DNA from: Squalus acanthias
Lineage: Eukaryota
Direction of reading: 5' to 3'
Length of the DNA stretch: 64,000 nt
Assembly (NCBI GenBank): GCA_030390025.1
Contig: CM059430.1
Location: 40,362,001-40,426,000, forward strand
Shown here: positions 1 to 12,459 of the stretch, one piece after another
Numbering within the stretch: the first letter of the stretch is position 1
Layout: the number at the start of each line of letters is the position of its first letter
Translations under genes and position numbers: made by a program
Notes under the pieces: model-generated
What the model was told of the DNA's origin: nothing
The model's input: only the letters and a program-made list of their open reading frames with translations
Database searches by the model: none

Positions 1-1125
1 CATCGTGAGCAGCGAATACAGTATACTAGATTGCAAGAAGTACAAGTAAATCGCTGTTTCACCTGGAAGGGGTGTTTGGGGCCCTGGAGAGTAGGAAGGG
101 GGGATGTATAAGGGCAGGTGTTGCATCTCCTGCGCTTGCACGGGAAGGTGCCGGGTGAAGGGGAAGGGGTGCTGGGGGTGATAGAGGAGTGGACTAGGGT
201 GTCTCGGAGGGAGCGGTCCCTACGGAATGCTGAAAGGGGAGGTGAGGGGAAGATACGTTTGGTGGTGGGATCACGTTGGAGGTGGCGGAAATGGCGGAGG
301 ATGATCCGTTGAATGTGGAGGCTGGTGGGGTGAAAGGTGAGGACAAGGGGAACTCTATCGTGGTTCCGGGAGGGAGGGGCCGGGGTGAGGGCAGAAGTGC
401 GGGAGATGGAACGGACACGGTCGAGGGCCGTGTTGACCACGGTAAAGGGGAATCCTCGGTTGAGGAAAAAGGAAGACATGTCGGAAGCACTGGTATGGAA
501 GGTGGCATCGTCGGAGCAGATGCGGCGGAGACGGAGAAACTGGGAGAAGGGAATAGAGTCCTTACAGGAGGCGGGGTGTGAGGAAGTGTAGTCCAGGTAG
601 CTGTGGGAGTCAGTGGGCTTGTAGTGAATGTTGGTCAATAACCTATCCCCAGAGATGGAGACGGAGAAGTCGAGGAAGGGGAGGGAAGAGTCGGAGATGG
701 ACCATGTGAAGGTGAGGGAAGGGTGGAAATTGGAGGCAAAGTGAATGAAATTGTCTAGTTCAGGGCGAGAGCAGGAAACGGCACCGATACAGTCGTCAAT
801 GTACCGGAAAAAGAGGTGAGGGAGGGGACCCGAGTAGGACTGGAACAAAGAGTGTTCCACATATCCCACGAAAAGGCAGGCATAGCTAGGACCCATGCGG
901 GTACCCATAGCAACACCTTTGATTTGGAGGAAATGAGTGGAGTCAAAGGAGAAGTTGTTCAATGTGAGAACAAGTTCAGCCAGGCGGAGGAGGGTGGCGG
1001 TGGATGGGGACTGGTTGGGCCTCTGTTCAAGGAAGAAGCGGAGCGCCCTCAGGCCATCCTGGTGGGGGATGGAGGTGTAGAGGGATTGTACGTCCATGGT
1101 GAAAAGGAGGTGGTTGGGACAGGTT
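1..1125 (-). mobile_element. Penelope-like retroelement (reverse transcriptase + start of GIY-YIG endonuclease), 5'-truncated, runs off the window edge
   Basis: Manual minus-strand translation from ATG at 1097 gives MDVQSLYTSIPH...KGVAMGTRMGPSYACLF...FRYIDD (YIDD at 803-792)...LPFLD...YKPTDSHSYL...FSQFLRLRRICS...CKRRRCNTC...NLVYCIRC. These are the RT core, thumb, Cys linker and GIY-YIG start of PLEs. Confidence 0.92.
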
Positions 1126-1129
1126 TCCC

Positions 1130-3291
1130 GGGGCTCAGGAAACTGACCAGGAAAATGGAGGCGAATTTAAGCAGCAGTTCAGGTGGGTATTTAATCTCAT
1201 TATTGTCCCATCTGAATAAAACCTCACTTAGTGCTGCTGCTGTCTCCATTCCCTCTGGCAAATGTTTGGCAGACAGTGCTTGTGTGGATACAGCTTTTTT
1301 CAACGTTTGAAGATTTTAAATTGACAAGATCAGGATGGGAGGCGCCTTGGATGTGTTTGACAGCACATCAGAAGAGGAAGACCATCACCATCCATGACAG
1401 CGAGGTGGGATCAGCACGTGCACAGGAGAGAGGTTTGCAGGTGGAGGAGGACAAATGGCTCATCGCTCATCAGGTGAGGAGAACATAGAGGAGGAGCAGG
1501 AGGATGAAGATGGAGCACCCATCACCCGACCAGCCGCTTACACTGGCTGCCCGGGATACCAGGGATGCCCTAATATCGCAAAGGTTCACCTAGTGTGAAA
1601 TATATCAAATGAAATCCTGTGGTCCATTCCCAACACCAGCACCAACCACCACCCGCCCTCCCTTTCTACTAAACAGTCCTAAAACCACTCATCCACCCAC
1701 TGCACATCTGCCCAATGGGTCCCGTCATGTATTGACATTCATCATGAAACAAGTGAAAGGGCGAGTTGGCCCTTGGGACGCAATAATGGGCAAGATGTGG
1801 AAGTGGTGCTAATCATTAAATTTTATGTGGTACTATAAAACAAAAGGAAACTTAACAATATAACATTTTGTCAAACAACCATGTGCATACCCTTGGTGAA
1901 TTACAATTTCTTCAACTTAAGCTTCCTACCGCTTCTATGTGGTGCATCCCCTGTGGCTTCAGCAGAAGTGGAGACAGACTGCTCAGATCCCTGCCCTGAC
2001 TGTTCAGATGCTTTTGGCCTACGCCTTCTGGTTTTGCACCCCGAGGGCCCCGCCAAAGACTGCTCCACCTGCACCTGTGCAGGGGTAGACTCAGCCATCG
2101 GGAGACGAGGCAGCATGTCGGGTACTGGCTGAGGAGGGTGGTGGTCAATGGATGAGAAGTGGGAGTGCTTTGGGGGAGTTCTCACTTCCATGTCCCCTTT
2201 CGCCATCATCTCTCTACTCGGCCAGCACCACATCAGTCCGACCACTCTGCTGCAAACTAGCTTGGTGGAGATCAGTGACAGACAGCAAGGCCACGGATAA
2301 GGTATCTAAGGCAGCAGACACGTTTTTGAGAGCCGTGCTTGAACCTCCATGGAGGCGGCGACTCTCTCCATGGCAGACATTCTCGCAATTCCCTGTGCCA
2401 GTGCACTAGCGATCGAATTGGACTCTTCCATCCTCTCCACTATTGTGGACTGTGCGCGTGGCACACCTGTCAGTCCCTGGCTAAGTTGCTGATGTGCCTC
2501 TAACATTCTCCTTCTCAATAATAGCCTCCGGGGTTCAGCATCTGTGTCCAGCTGAGCAGAGCTTGGACAGGATTGCACCTCCCGACGCGGACTCTCCCCA
2601 GCTGTCCCTGCCACCAGTGACTGCTCTTGCTGATTTGTGAGGTGTGAATCATCAGATGAAAATCCAACTGTCAAAAATCCAACTAACTTTTAGCGCCCCG
2701 AAAAAGTTAGCACCCCAGTGCCCGAAATTCACTGGTAGCGCCCCAGCTCCCTCTTGGGGCGCTACCAGGGAATATCACGGTGCTACGTGCCGCAGCACTG
2801 CAGGCCTTCCTCCCCTTATTAAAGGGGAGGGGCCTTGCGCAGCGCGACCCGGGGCCCAGCTGGGCCACCAGGGATCGGGGTGCCAAGCTGACGGAGAGCG
2901 GCCGGCACCCCATGGGGGAGCTGCAGAGGAGGGCGGGGATGGCAGAGGGGGCAGGTGCTGGCAGGCAGCCAACACCAAAAATAACCGCCCGTCACCTCCC
3001 CTTTAATTATCGCCGTCCCAGCTGCACGTACGCCCCCCTGACCCTGTTGGGCATAGCGTCCGGCGGTAAATCAGGGGGGCGCTACCGAAGTTCGCGGCCG
3101 GGGCGCCGCGCATGGCGATGACATCATCGCCGGAGGCACAGCACCGTGGGGCACTACTGGTTATCGCCAACGCTAACCTCCCGCTGAATTTCGCAGGAGG
3201 CGTTAGCGGCGCCGCGCCCGGGCGCTAGTTGCTTTGTGCCCCGTTAGTTAGGGTCCTAACGGGAGGCTCAAAGCAACTGAATTTTGCCCCC
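1130..3291. mobile_element. Internally deleted PIF/Harbinger-type DNA transposon remnant
   Basis: Plus-strand acidic segment ending ARDTRDALISQRFT* (~1549-1593) resembles a Harbinger transposase C-terminus. Convergent minus-strand coiled-coil-like ORFs (1901-2245, 2306-2674) resemble the C-terminus of the accessory protein. The GC-rich subterminal region ends in GAATTTTGCCCCC, similar to the terminus of the 57415-59126 element. Confidence 0.6.
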
Positions 3292-3544
3292 ATAAAAAAT
3301 CTAATTAAACTCTTTTCACATGAAATATTAAGGAAATCAGGGTTCATTACAGAATCGAAATACCTCAATCCAAACCTGCATTTCTCATTAAAGTTTTTTG
3401 AAAGTATCTTCTCTGATCATAAAATTGTATTGCAATTTAAACCAGAACCACAGATCCAAAATATGTTTTGGTACCAACGCCCGGAATTTCCATGGGTGTT
3501 GGTTGGCAGAGGATCTGTGGATCCTCAGAGACATGGTTGGGTAT

Positions 3545-3985
3545 GGTTATGCTGTTGAATGGTTATGCAGTGGTTATGTTATTGGATTAATAATTCAGAG
3601 GCCTGACTAATAATTCAGGGAATAGGAGGTCAAATCCCACCATGGCAGTTTGAGAATTTGAAATCAGTTAAATGAAATCTGGAAATAAAAATGCTAGTAG
3701 CAGTAAAAATGACCACGAAGCTGTCAGATTGTCATAAAAGCTCAACTGGTTCACTAATGTCCTTTAGGGAAGCTAATCTGCCGTCCTTACCCGGTCTGGC
3801 CTATATACGACGCCAATCTCACGACAATGCAGTGGATTCTTAACTGCCCTCTGAAGTGGCCTAGCAAGCCATTCAGTTGTATTAAAACTTCAAGAAGGCA
3901 ATCTTCTCAAAGGAAACTGGGGATAGATAATAAATGCCAGCCTTGCCGACCACACCTACACAACTGAGAATGAATTTTTTTTTAT
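3545..3985 (+). mobile_element. tRNA-head SINE with LINE-derived tail
   Basis: Degenerate B-box (GGTCAAATCCCACC), body, and tail AATAAATGCCAGCCTTGCC...GAATGAAT. A reverse-oriented partial copy lies at ~13320-13535. Confidence 0.7.
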
Positions 3986-4185
3986 GTAAATAGCTAAAAA
4001 TGATCAGTTACACCATTTTTCTGAGGCTTTTGCCCGTTTCTCAACAAAGTTATGAAAGGAGATTGGGAGAACCCTGGGAAAATTCAGGGCCAAAATTTTT
4101 ATATTTAAATACAACTTCAAAGTTTAAAGATTAAATAACTACAAACTTTGCTTTCTTTAGTTAAAAACATCAGCCGTTAGATAAA

Positions 4186-5161
4186 TTAAATTAATCTAAT
4201 CAGAAAAGTGAACCTATAATGTTTGTTTTGCCACAGGCGTGCACAATAATAAACATGGTTCCTTAAATCATTAAAGGAAAGTTGCGATACACCAAACTGT
4301 TTAGTAATTTCACTCTGGGAATCTTTCGGCCCATTTAGCATTGTAATTACTTTCATCTCATCAGCAAAAGAAAGAACCTTCTTCTTTAGAGGTGGTGTCT
4401 CCATTCTTCACAGAGCCAGAAATTTTGCCAGTTTGTTGCCAAAGGGTTTGAGCATCACTAAAACATGGTAAATTACAAGCATCACAAAGCTTAAGCATTA
4501 ACACCCAATGAGGATGGTTTTCACACCTAAATAAAAGTGCTTGTCACATTGATTGCCAAAAGTACTTGAACCCATCACCTGATAAGGTGAAAAAGACTCA
4601 AACGAATTGGGCTGAACATATCGGCTTTAACAAAGCAGTAAAACGCTTAAATGAATAAATCCAAATTTTTGCAATTCATTTGAACGTTATTAATTTAAGT
4701 TATTCATTTGACAGGGACGACTACCATTGGAAACAATAGAAAAGGGATTTGTGCATGGAGATTTTATTCTCTTAAACATTTTCTTTTATCAGTTATTATT
4801 TATCAGCCCCACAACCCTCCGAAATCTCTGCGCTCCTCTAATTCTGGCCTCTTGAGCATCCCTGATTTTAATCGCTCCACCATTGGTGGGCGTGCCTTCA
4901 GCTGCCAAGGCCCTAAGCTCTGGAATAGTCTCCCTAAACCTCTCCACCTCTCTCCCTCTCTTTCCTCCTTTAAGACGTTCCTTAAAACCTACCTCTTTGA
5001 CCAAGCTTTTGGTCATCTGCCCTAAAATCTCATGTGGCTCGGTGTCAAATTTTGTTTGATAACGCTCCTGTGAAGTGCCTTGGGACGTTTTACTACGTTA
5101 AAGGTGCTATATAAGTGCAAGTTGTTGCTGTGGTTATTCATTTAAGTGGGATTGACTGTAC
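4186..5161 (-). mobile_element. Tigger/pogo-like DNA transposon remnant (CENP-B-type N-terminal HTH), interrupted by L2
   Basis: ORF 4186-4404 (KKKVLSFADEMKVITML...SQSEITKQFGVSQ) matches the psq/CENP-B HTH pattern. Minus-strand TA|CAGTCAATCCCACTTAA at ~5160 resembles a Tigger terminus. Confidence 0.55.
4803..5132 (+). mobile_element. L2 LINE 3' end
   Basis: Encodes ...STIGGRAFSCQGPKLWNSLP...FKTFLKTYLF*, followed by the tail TACGTTAAAGGTGCTATATAAGTGCAAGTTGTTG. Near-identical to copies at 50.7-51 kb and 56.5 kb. Confidence 0.88.
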
Positions 5162-5356
5162 TACTAAAAAGATCTATGTGCACACATGCAAAACACACAT
5201 ATAACAACCTTCTAGAGTTTTCATTCAGAAAACAAAGACAATGAACACATTTAATGTCGCAAACATTCTCTGGAATGTTTTCTCACAAAGCTAGGGAACA
5301 CCATTGAGATATTAAAGGTTAATGTGACTTTTCATTGAAGCCACACCACTCCCACC

Positions 5357-5650
5357 TTAGAAATGGAGAGTTTGGCCAGTATGCTGTCAGCCACAGGAAA
5401 ATAAATAATGCTGCTTGGGACCATCCAGTCGTGTTTCCTGTTGTGAAGTGAGACCAAGGAGAAGTAATTATTTAGAAAAATATTTTCTTAAGTTTTTCAT
5501 CTTTGTAAATAATCACTTCCCCTTGGTCTCCCATAACATCAGGAAACATTAGTGGGTGGTCCCCATCATCTAGAGAGAGCAAATGTATTTATTTTTCTGC
5601 TGCAGTCAGAAGATTAGCAATAGAATTACTGGTAAACTCTTCAATACTAA
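5357..5650. repeat. ~290-bp imperfect palindrome (MITE-like hairpin)
   Basis: Arms pair: GGGACCATCCA/TGGGTGGTCCC, TGTTTCCTG/CAGGAAACA, GAGACCAAGGAGAAGTAATTATTTA/TAAATAATCACTTCCCCTTGGTCTC, GAGAGTTTGGCCAGTA/TACTGGTAAACTCTTC. Confidence 0.75.
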
Positions 5651-5959
5651 GAAGCATCGATTTACATTGACTTCTACCCTCCAAATCCTTTTGTAATAAC
5701 TTTATGCTGAGCACAAGCTGACTATGATGTCCTCCTTTCTAGAATACAAGAGCTGAAGCAATGACATCCCATAATGGGAAAAAATACAATGTTACAAACT
5801 GAACATTACAGCACATTTTCAGGAAAACTGGTAGACAGCTTTGGAGAGGGCAAAAAATGGTGACCTATGCTGTTTTACAGATCCTCCAGTATTACATCCA
5901 AGTGGCCATTCCTCACATTAGCTAGGTGCATTTTGACAGGCTATTCAACTGTGCAGGGA

Positions 5960-5982
5960 GAGATAGATAGATAGATAGATAG

Positions 5983-6041
<59 letters not shown>

Positions 6042-6045
6042 GAGA
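5960..6045. repeat. (AGAT)n microsatellite
   Basis: About 20 near-perfect AGAT units. Confidence 0.97.
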
Positions 6046-6204
6046 GGAAAGCGATGCCCTCAAAAGAAAATCTCAGCAATTCTGAAGTTAAGGTCATGGC
6101 CAATCCGGTATGACCAATATGTCCACAAGGTTGAGAGCAAAAAGACCACAAGTGGGCTAGTGCCAGGTTCACAAGTGGTGACATTCGTCATCCATGATTC
6201 TGGC

Positions 6205-6592
6205 TATGACGCCCTTGAATGTGTTGTCGCCTCCCAAATCCGTGTCCATCTTTCTCGCAACTCCATGAACGCTCCAATCAGGTTTCTGCCCCTGCCACAG
6301 CACAGAAACAGCCTTAATCAAAGTCACAAATGACATCCTGTGTGACTGGTGCACTATACCTCCTCATCCTTTTCAAACTGCCTGCAGCCGTTGGCATGGT
6401 TAACCACACCATCCTTCTCCAACACCTATCCTCTGTCATCCAGCTGTGTAGGACTGCCCTCACCTGGTACCACTCTTACCTATCCAGTCCTAGCCACAGA
6501 ATCTCCTGCAATGGATTCTCTTCCTGCCCCCACACCATTACCTCTGGAGTCCCCCAAGAAACTATCCTTGGCCACCTCCTATTTCTCATCTA
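6205..6592 (+). mobile_element. Degenerate L2 LINE RT fragment
   Basis: Remnant motifs QSGFCPCHSTETALIKVTNDIL, VNHTILL, SYLS and TSGVPQETILG, broken by frameshifts. Confidence 0.8.
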
Positions 6593-8559
6593 CATTTGTA
6601 CTTTCTTCCAAATTTTAAGACTAAAATAAATAAAAACAATTTTGCAAATGAAGGAAAATGACAACTATCACATGTATCCAACTGAGTCAGAAATGTGTCA
6701 AGAATATTTTTTTAAAGAACTTCATTCAAAAAAAGTCATACTGTGTAAGTGTAATTCTTAGAGAATGCAATCTTGGCCCAAGTCATATTCTGAAGAATAC
6801 TGAATTTAGATGGGATGCGATGCGGACAGATTCCTTCACTTCTGTACAATATTTTTGATGCATACAATGGAACATTCCTTGAATGTTGTAACTTGTGACT
6901 TCACAGTTTATTTTACATTTTAAAAATAAATACTGGGTTAAGAGAATTTTGAGTCAGAAATTCAAAAATATCTCTTATGAGTTATGTTATTCTTTTACTG
7001 CACATTTCAATGGACAACCTGTCTGGCTGCACCAGAGATTCCTGGTGAAGACACAGATCATCTGGCGCAGCTGCTATGCACTGCACTGAAATGAATTGGG
7101 CCCCTGAGGGAAAAAAAGTCACGCAGTCTCCATCTGTGGCCTTGTTTACTAGGAATCAACTAGAAACCCTGTTTAACAGCTTTTTATAGTTTTAAACAGG
7201 GCATCAATACAGATTGACATAGTGATACTTTCAATCAACTTCTTGGGGCATTTCATTTGCACTTTAAAACTGTAGTGTTCATTTCGTCTCACATTCTGTG
7301 ATGTGCATTATATATAACTTTTTTCTTTTAAAATTACTACACCAAGTAATGTAAACATTCACTTTCTAACTTTAAAAGTTAAATTACCGCTCCAATACCA
7401 TATATTAAAGTCAGAACAGAGAAGAAATATCCCTATCTGCATTAGAAAATATAACTTTTTTCAGAGGGGGGGGGAAGAAAATTAACTAATTCAATTTTAG
7501 AATATTGAAAGTTTGCATTTAAGAAGTTCCCCTTAAGAAACAATGGCAATCCCAAGCACAAACAACTAGGTGAAAATATGCTGAAGAGCATGTTACCTCG
7601 GTAATGAACAATAAGAAAGTTCGATCTAAGGGTAAAGTGGTAAATTGAACATCAATTGCATGCAAGAGGGCCAGAGCTGGCTCGAAAGGAGCACTCAGCT
7701 GGATTCTTATAGACACATTATTTTCTACAAGGACCCCCACTTCACTGTGACAGCAGCAAGATTAATGCACAGAAGCCGAGACATGTTACGGGCAAGTGCC
7801 CATGAAATAGGCGGAATGAAGGGCTTGTACCTTGGCCGTAGCCCAGCTTCACTCAGCCACCTAGTATTCCTTTTCTTAAAATGCCCAGGACACCAGATAA
7901 GAACAGCCCTCATGGTAATCAATCAAATTACTACTTACAAGCTAAATACCTTTTAAAAAATTGTCCAAAAAATATTAGACAACAATGTGTGACAGAATCC
8001 CAAAACTGTCTCCCCTGCGATTTTGTTTAAGATTAGAAATGTCTTTTTTTAAATGTGTCGAACATTGGCTCTTTTAACTAAAATTAAACAGGTAGCCAAT
8101 CCTGAATAAATCTCTATTAAAGTTGGGAATGAAGATCAGTCAGATGAACCAATGATTAGAAGCAATTAGTCAGTTCCTATGAGTCTTCAGTTACAAGATT
8201 CAACGGTATATCCCTTTTTTCAATGCTCGTCAATTCCAGGTACCAGTTATCAATAATTATGTCTTTGTATACTTTTGCAGTTTTCAGATTACATATATAT
8301 TTTTATTTTTAGTAAATTGAATCTTTGTTATGACCCATCACTATTTATGTACATATACAATTTTAAATATAATCATATTTGAAAGTCAGGTCCTATATGA
8401 GTTCTGTGCACTTTGCATTACAAAATAACACATGCAATTCAGTGAGGTAGATAAATGTGTGGCTACAAGTTGGTTAGCATTCAGTAATGTATACACAGTG
8501 ATGTACAGATATGCTAGCAAACCTTAAGACAGTTTTCTTCACTGAGAATTAAATCAGAT

Positions 8560-8735
8560 CAACAGCAACTTGCATTTATATAGCACCTTTAACGTAGTAA
8601 AAGGTCCCAAGGTGCTTCACAGAAATGTAATCAGACAAATATTGACACCAAGCCAAAGAATTTTATAGGAAAGAGGTAGGTTTTAACGGGTGTCTTAAAA
8701 GAGGAGAGAGAGGTGCAGAGGTTTAGGGAGGGAAC
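8560..8735 (-). mobile_element. L2 LINE 3' tail fragment
   Basis: Reverse complement of the L2 tail at 5080-5130 (CAACTTGCATTTATATAGCACCTTTAACGTAGTAAAA). Confidence 0.8.
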
Positions 8736-8988
8736 TAACTGGTTCTCTTACATATCACTCCCTGTTACTAAAATAATTATGCTGAGAAAGCCTGTTGGAT
8801 GTTCCCAAATTGGTCATGTAATGTAATGCCAAAAGTGTTAAACTTTACTCGCAATATTTCACATCCAGAGATACAAGATAGTAAGCCAAAGGAAATGCAT
8901 CAAGTTTGGTTGAGAAAGTCTAACAAAGTAACTGGGTATGTGTGCTTACAAATTTGGAGAAGTACAATCAAGCTCCACACCTTTATAG

Positions 8989-10078
8989 CAGTGTTGTCCA
9001 ATGGAAATTGCTGACTAGCCACAGGTGTGGCTATGACGACACCGTTTTAGCCACATGCACTAATTTTTAATAGAAAACGCCTTACACACAATACAGGTAA
9101 ATATACATCATATGTATATTTACTTAACATCTACCACCATTCAGTATGAAAGTTTGCAGTCTTTCTCTTTCACCAAAGATTGGAATTCTGGGATGAATTT
9201 ATCAGGCGCTGTGCATCTTACAGAATCACAGAATCCCCACAGTGCAGATAGAGGCCATTTCGGCCATTCGAGCCTGCACCGACACATATCCCACCCTATA
9301 ACCCCACGTATTTAATCCCCCTAACACTAACGGTCAATTTATCATAGCCAAATCAACCTAACCCGCACATCTTTGGACTGTGGGAGGAAACCGGAGCACC
9401 CGGAGGAAACCCACGCAGACACGGGGAGAATGTGCAAATTCCACACAGACAGTCACCCGAGGCCGGATTCGAACCCGGGTCCCTGGCGCTGTGAGGCAAC
9501 AGTGCTAACCACTATGCCACCATGTTGCCTTAGTGCAGCTTCTAGATTTGAGTCCAGCAGTTGCAAGCAGTACTCTGACATCATCAGAATGATTTCTGAG
9601 AATGCCGACTCGCATGAGATGCGCTAGATCTGCTCCTGCTAGAACATGATTGGACGCTGCTTGCCCTTTGTCATGACGTTCCATGTTGGAACTGCTTGTT
9701 ATTGGTTGGGCTTGCTTTGTTCTGCTGGCCTGGAGTGGTTATTCTGATTGAGCCAATCATGATAACAGCTCCTCTCTCCATACAATGCTGCTGGGGTTGG
9801 TGTTACACACCATTTTAGCAGATAACCAATAAGCAGGAACAAAGGAAGTATAGCACACACAATGATCAAAAAACTCCGCTTTTTGTCTTACCATTTTACC
9901 AACAAACGCACAAAAAGGTTAAAGTGTACATGCATATGCTGTGCGAATATAAGTATTGAGATCACATGTCCAGCGACAGTGTCTATTATTCATTTTTTAT
10001 CTATCAAAAATGCATTAGCCACATCTGGATTCTGAACTAGCCACATGTGGCTAGTGGCTAATATATTGGACAACACTG
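8989..10078. mobile_element. Non-autonomous hAT (Charlie-like) DNA transposon
   Basis: Perfect 14-bp TIRs CAGTGTTGTCCAAT / ATTGGACAACACTG. 8-bp TSD CTTTATAG (8981-8988) / CTTTAGAG (10079-10086). Subterminal TAGCCACA(T/G)GTGGCTA motifs. Confidence 0.85.
9220..9530 (-). mobile_element. HE1-type V-SINE nested in the hAT element
   Basis: Minus strand: tRNA-like head GGTGGCATAGTGGTTAGCACTG...GGGTTCGAATCC, then the V-domain TTCTCCCCGTGTCTGCGTGGGTTTCCTCCGGGTGCTCCGGTTTCCTCCCACAGTCCAAAG. Confidence 0.88.
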
Positions 10079-12459
10079 CTTTAGAGGCACATATGAGCTA
10101 AATCCATTCAGTGCTGACAATCTGCTATTGCACTAGTTATTTCTATTAGGACAATTGAAACATTTAAAAAACAAAAAAAGGTATCTTGAATAACATGCTT
10201 TATACAGTCAGCACAGCTAATAGTGAACAGCAATTTAAGAGTTAACTAAATATTTTAGATAGAAATTCCTATTACAAATATACTGTGCTTTTGTCCATAA
10301 AATATACTGTATCCTGTTTGTCCCATTTACTCATAAGTTCTGTGCATTATACCATACCAAATTAATGTTAACCAGTGGGTAATTTATATATTTTATAAAT
10401 CTTTTCATTACAGTTTAGAGACACATTGTCATAAGGAATGTCTGGCTTGCAAGCCAGACATTCTTGGCATAAAAGTAACCCACTTGACATTATTAGATAT
10501 GGTGCCAGCTCTTTTCAATACACTATTTTTGACAAATTTTTTAAAAAGTGTAATTTGTCTACAATTTAAACTGTTCAAAAAAGTTACTAAATGCACGAGA
10601 ATAGACTGACTGTGTAGCACCATGTTAGATGCAAGCATGGATATTCTGAACAGCTTAGATTGGTTTGATACATCACCATAATTACTTGCTTCCCCACCAG
10701 GATGATGATACCCCTTCAAAACATACCAAACCATTTGACTAGAAGATAGTATTTCAATGTGAATTGCTGTTTATAAACATTCGGAGTAAAAGTTCTGTGG
10801 TGAAGAAATTGTCCACTTAACCCTCAAAAACACAAGTCACAACATTTGTTGTGCTAACTGTATAATGCCATTGCATTCAGCAGAAGATAAACACAGGTTT
10901 CCCCTGCCTAAGTGTAGGGTCCTCCCAAAGTGCATTTGTAGGCACCCAATAGGACAAATAATAGTCTCACTTGTGATATATACAGATTAATTTCTGTTAT
11001 ATCTTTAAACTATTTCTCAGACTAAATAATGTCCCCAACAAATAAAAAAAACTTTGCTCTAAAATAGCCAGGGAGAAAGCTCGTGTACTGAATTAGAACT
11101 ACAGTATTTGCACCACATGTAGAGAGGTAGACTTTACAGAGTCCCAGGCTTCAACTTCCCACGAAAGGGATAACATTTTCTCATAAATGAAATTAAAGTG
11201 TGCTACAACTTAAACTTCAATAGCTGTAATACTTTGGCCCAGTGGGGCTTATTTAATAGAGAGGTGAAGCACCTCAAACTTTCCTTCACAGTCCAAGATC
11301 CTATAGTAAAATATCACCAGATGTACAAGAGTAGAAAAGGAGTCTGTGGATCTGTGATCAGGATGTTGTAAATATGCAGACATTTTATAAACCAGCTGTC
11401 CTGTCTGTATGGCCAGGGTAATATGACTTCTCAAAATCTGTTCTGCCAGCAAATGCAAAGACAAAAGAAAAAGGAAAAACAGCAGACCTCATTACAAACC
11501 TCTTTTCAATATGAACAAATCAGACATTAGTCCATGGTTAAAACTGCATCGTGGTATAGCGAGCACAAAGCGTTATAGCCCCCATTACTGGGTTTAGCAC
11601 ACCCCAGGATGTCTCCACACTGAGCCAATAAATATCCAGTGTGCATTGGAGGGGCTGTGGAGCAGTTGGCAGCTTCCTTCATTACTTCTGAATCTGCCTT
11701 TAAGTATAACTTTATTAGTGAGGCACAACCAAAATAATTAAATCCATTGCTGCATCTCAAACAAGCTTGAACTGTCTCACTCACAGTTTTGGCTCTCTGT
11801 AGAGTTCCAGCTTGAGCTTCTGATGGACCTCCTACTTAATCTTCTGCTCCTTGCTGTGAAGTGAAATGTCCCAGTGAGATGGTAACAAGGCAGACTATAT
11901 ATGATGCAAAATAGTCCATTCAGAGAGAACTAAATTCATAAAATACAGTCTCTCCTCTCCTGCAGTACTTCAACTGTTGCACCAGTGCAAAAGCCCTTTC
12001 ACAAAGTCAGCTCCACTAAGCTATACTTGGCAACACTTGTCACATGAGTTACTTCAATCCATCTACTGAGAGCAAAATGATTTCTTGATCTGCCTTTGCC
12101 AGTAATCCAACAATCTTGAGTTAACCTTATATTCAAAAGCCCAACTCTCTTCATAAATATTGGCAATTACTTTATCTTGTCCATACCAAAAGTTATATGT
12201 TCCACTTTTAAGATAGATTAAAAGGTAAATAAAAATTTTGTAGAGCAAAGATGAATAGTCAGTTGAATTTTGTAGGACCAGAAAGAAGCTACGTTAGGCC
12301 TATTGGATGCTTGCTTCACCCTTTATCTTCACAAGTTCTCTGTAGATCACTGAAATAGCAATGACAATGTTCTTTATATTTATTCACATCTGTTTCTCTC
12401 TGTATGATATTGTACACCATTGTTATTTTTTCCTGTATTTAAGTTCCACTGTTAAGAGC

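Noticed and set aside
118-1310. Plus-strand and alternate-frame ORFs over the first 1.3 kb
   Set aside because: Shadow frames of the Penelope coding strand.
5945-6184. 79-aa ORF with YLSI repeats
   Set aside because: Translation of the (AGAT)n microsatellite.
9455-9530. tRNA gene
   Set aside because: The A/B boxes are the head of an HE1/V-SINE followed directly by the V-domain.
10429-12248. Minus-strand ORFs 10429-10734, 11249-11464 and 12063-12248 as exons of a known neighbour such as CYLD
   Set aside because: I recognise no homology and could not build a consistent splice-phase chain with good donors.
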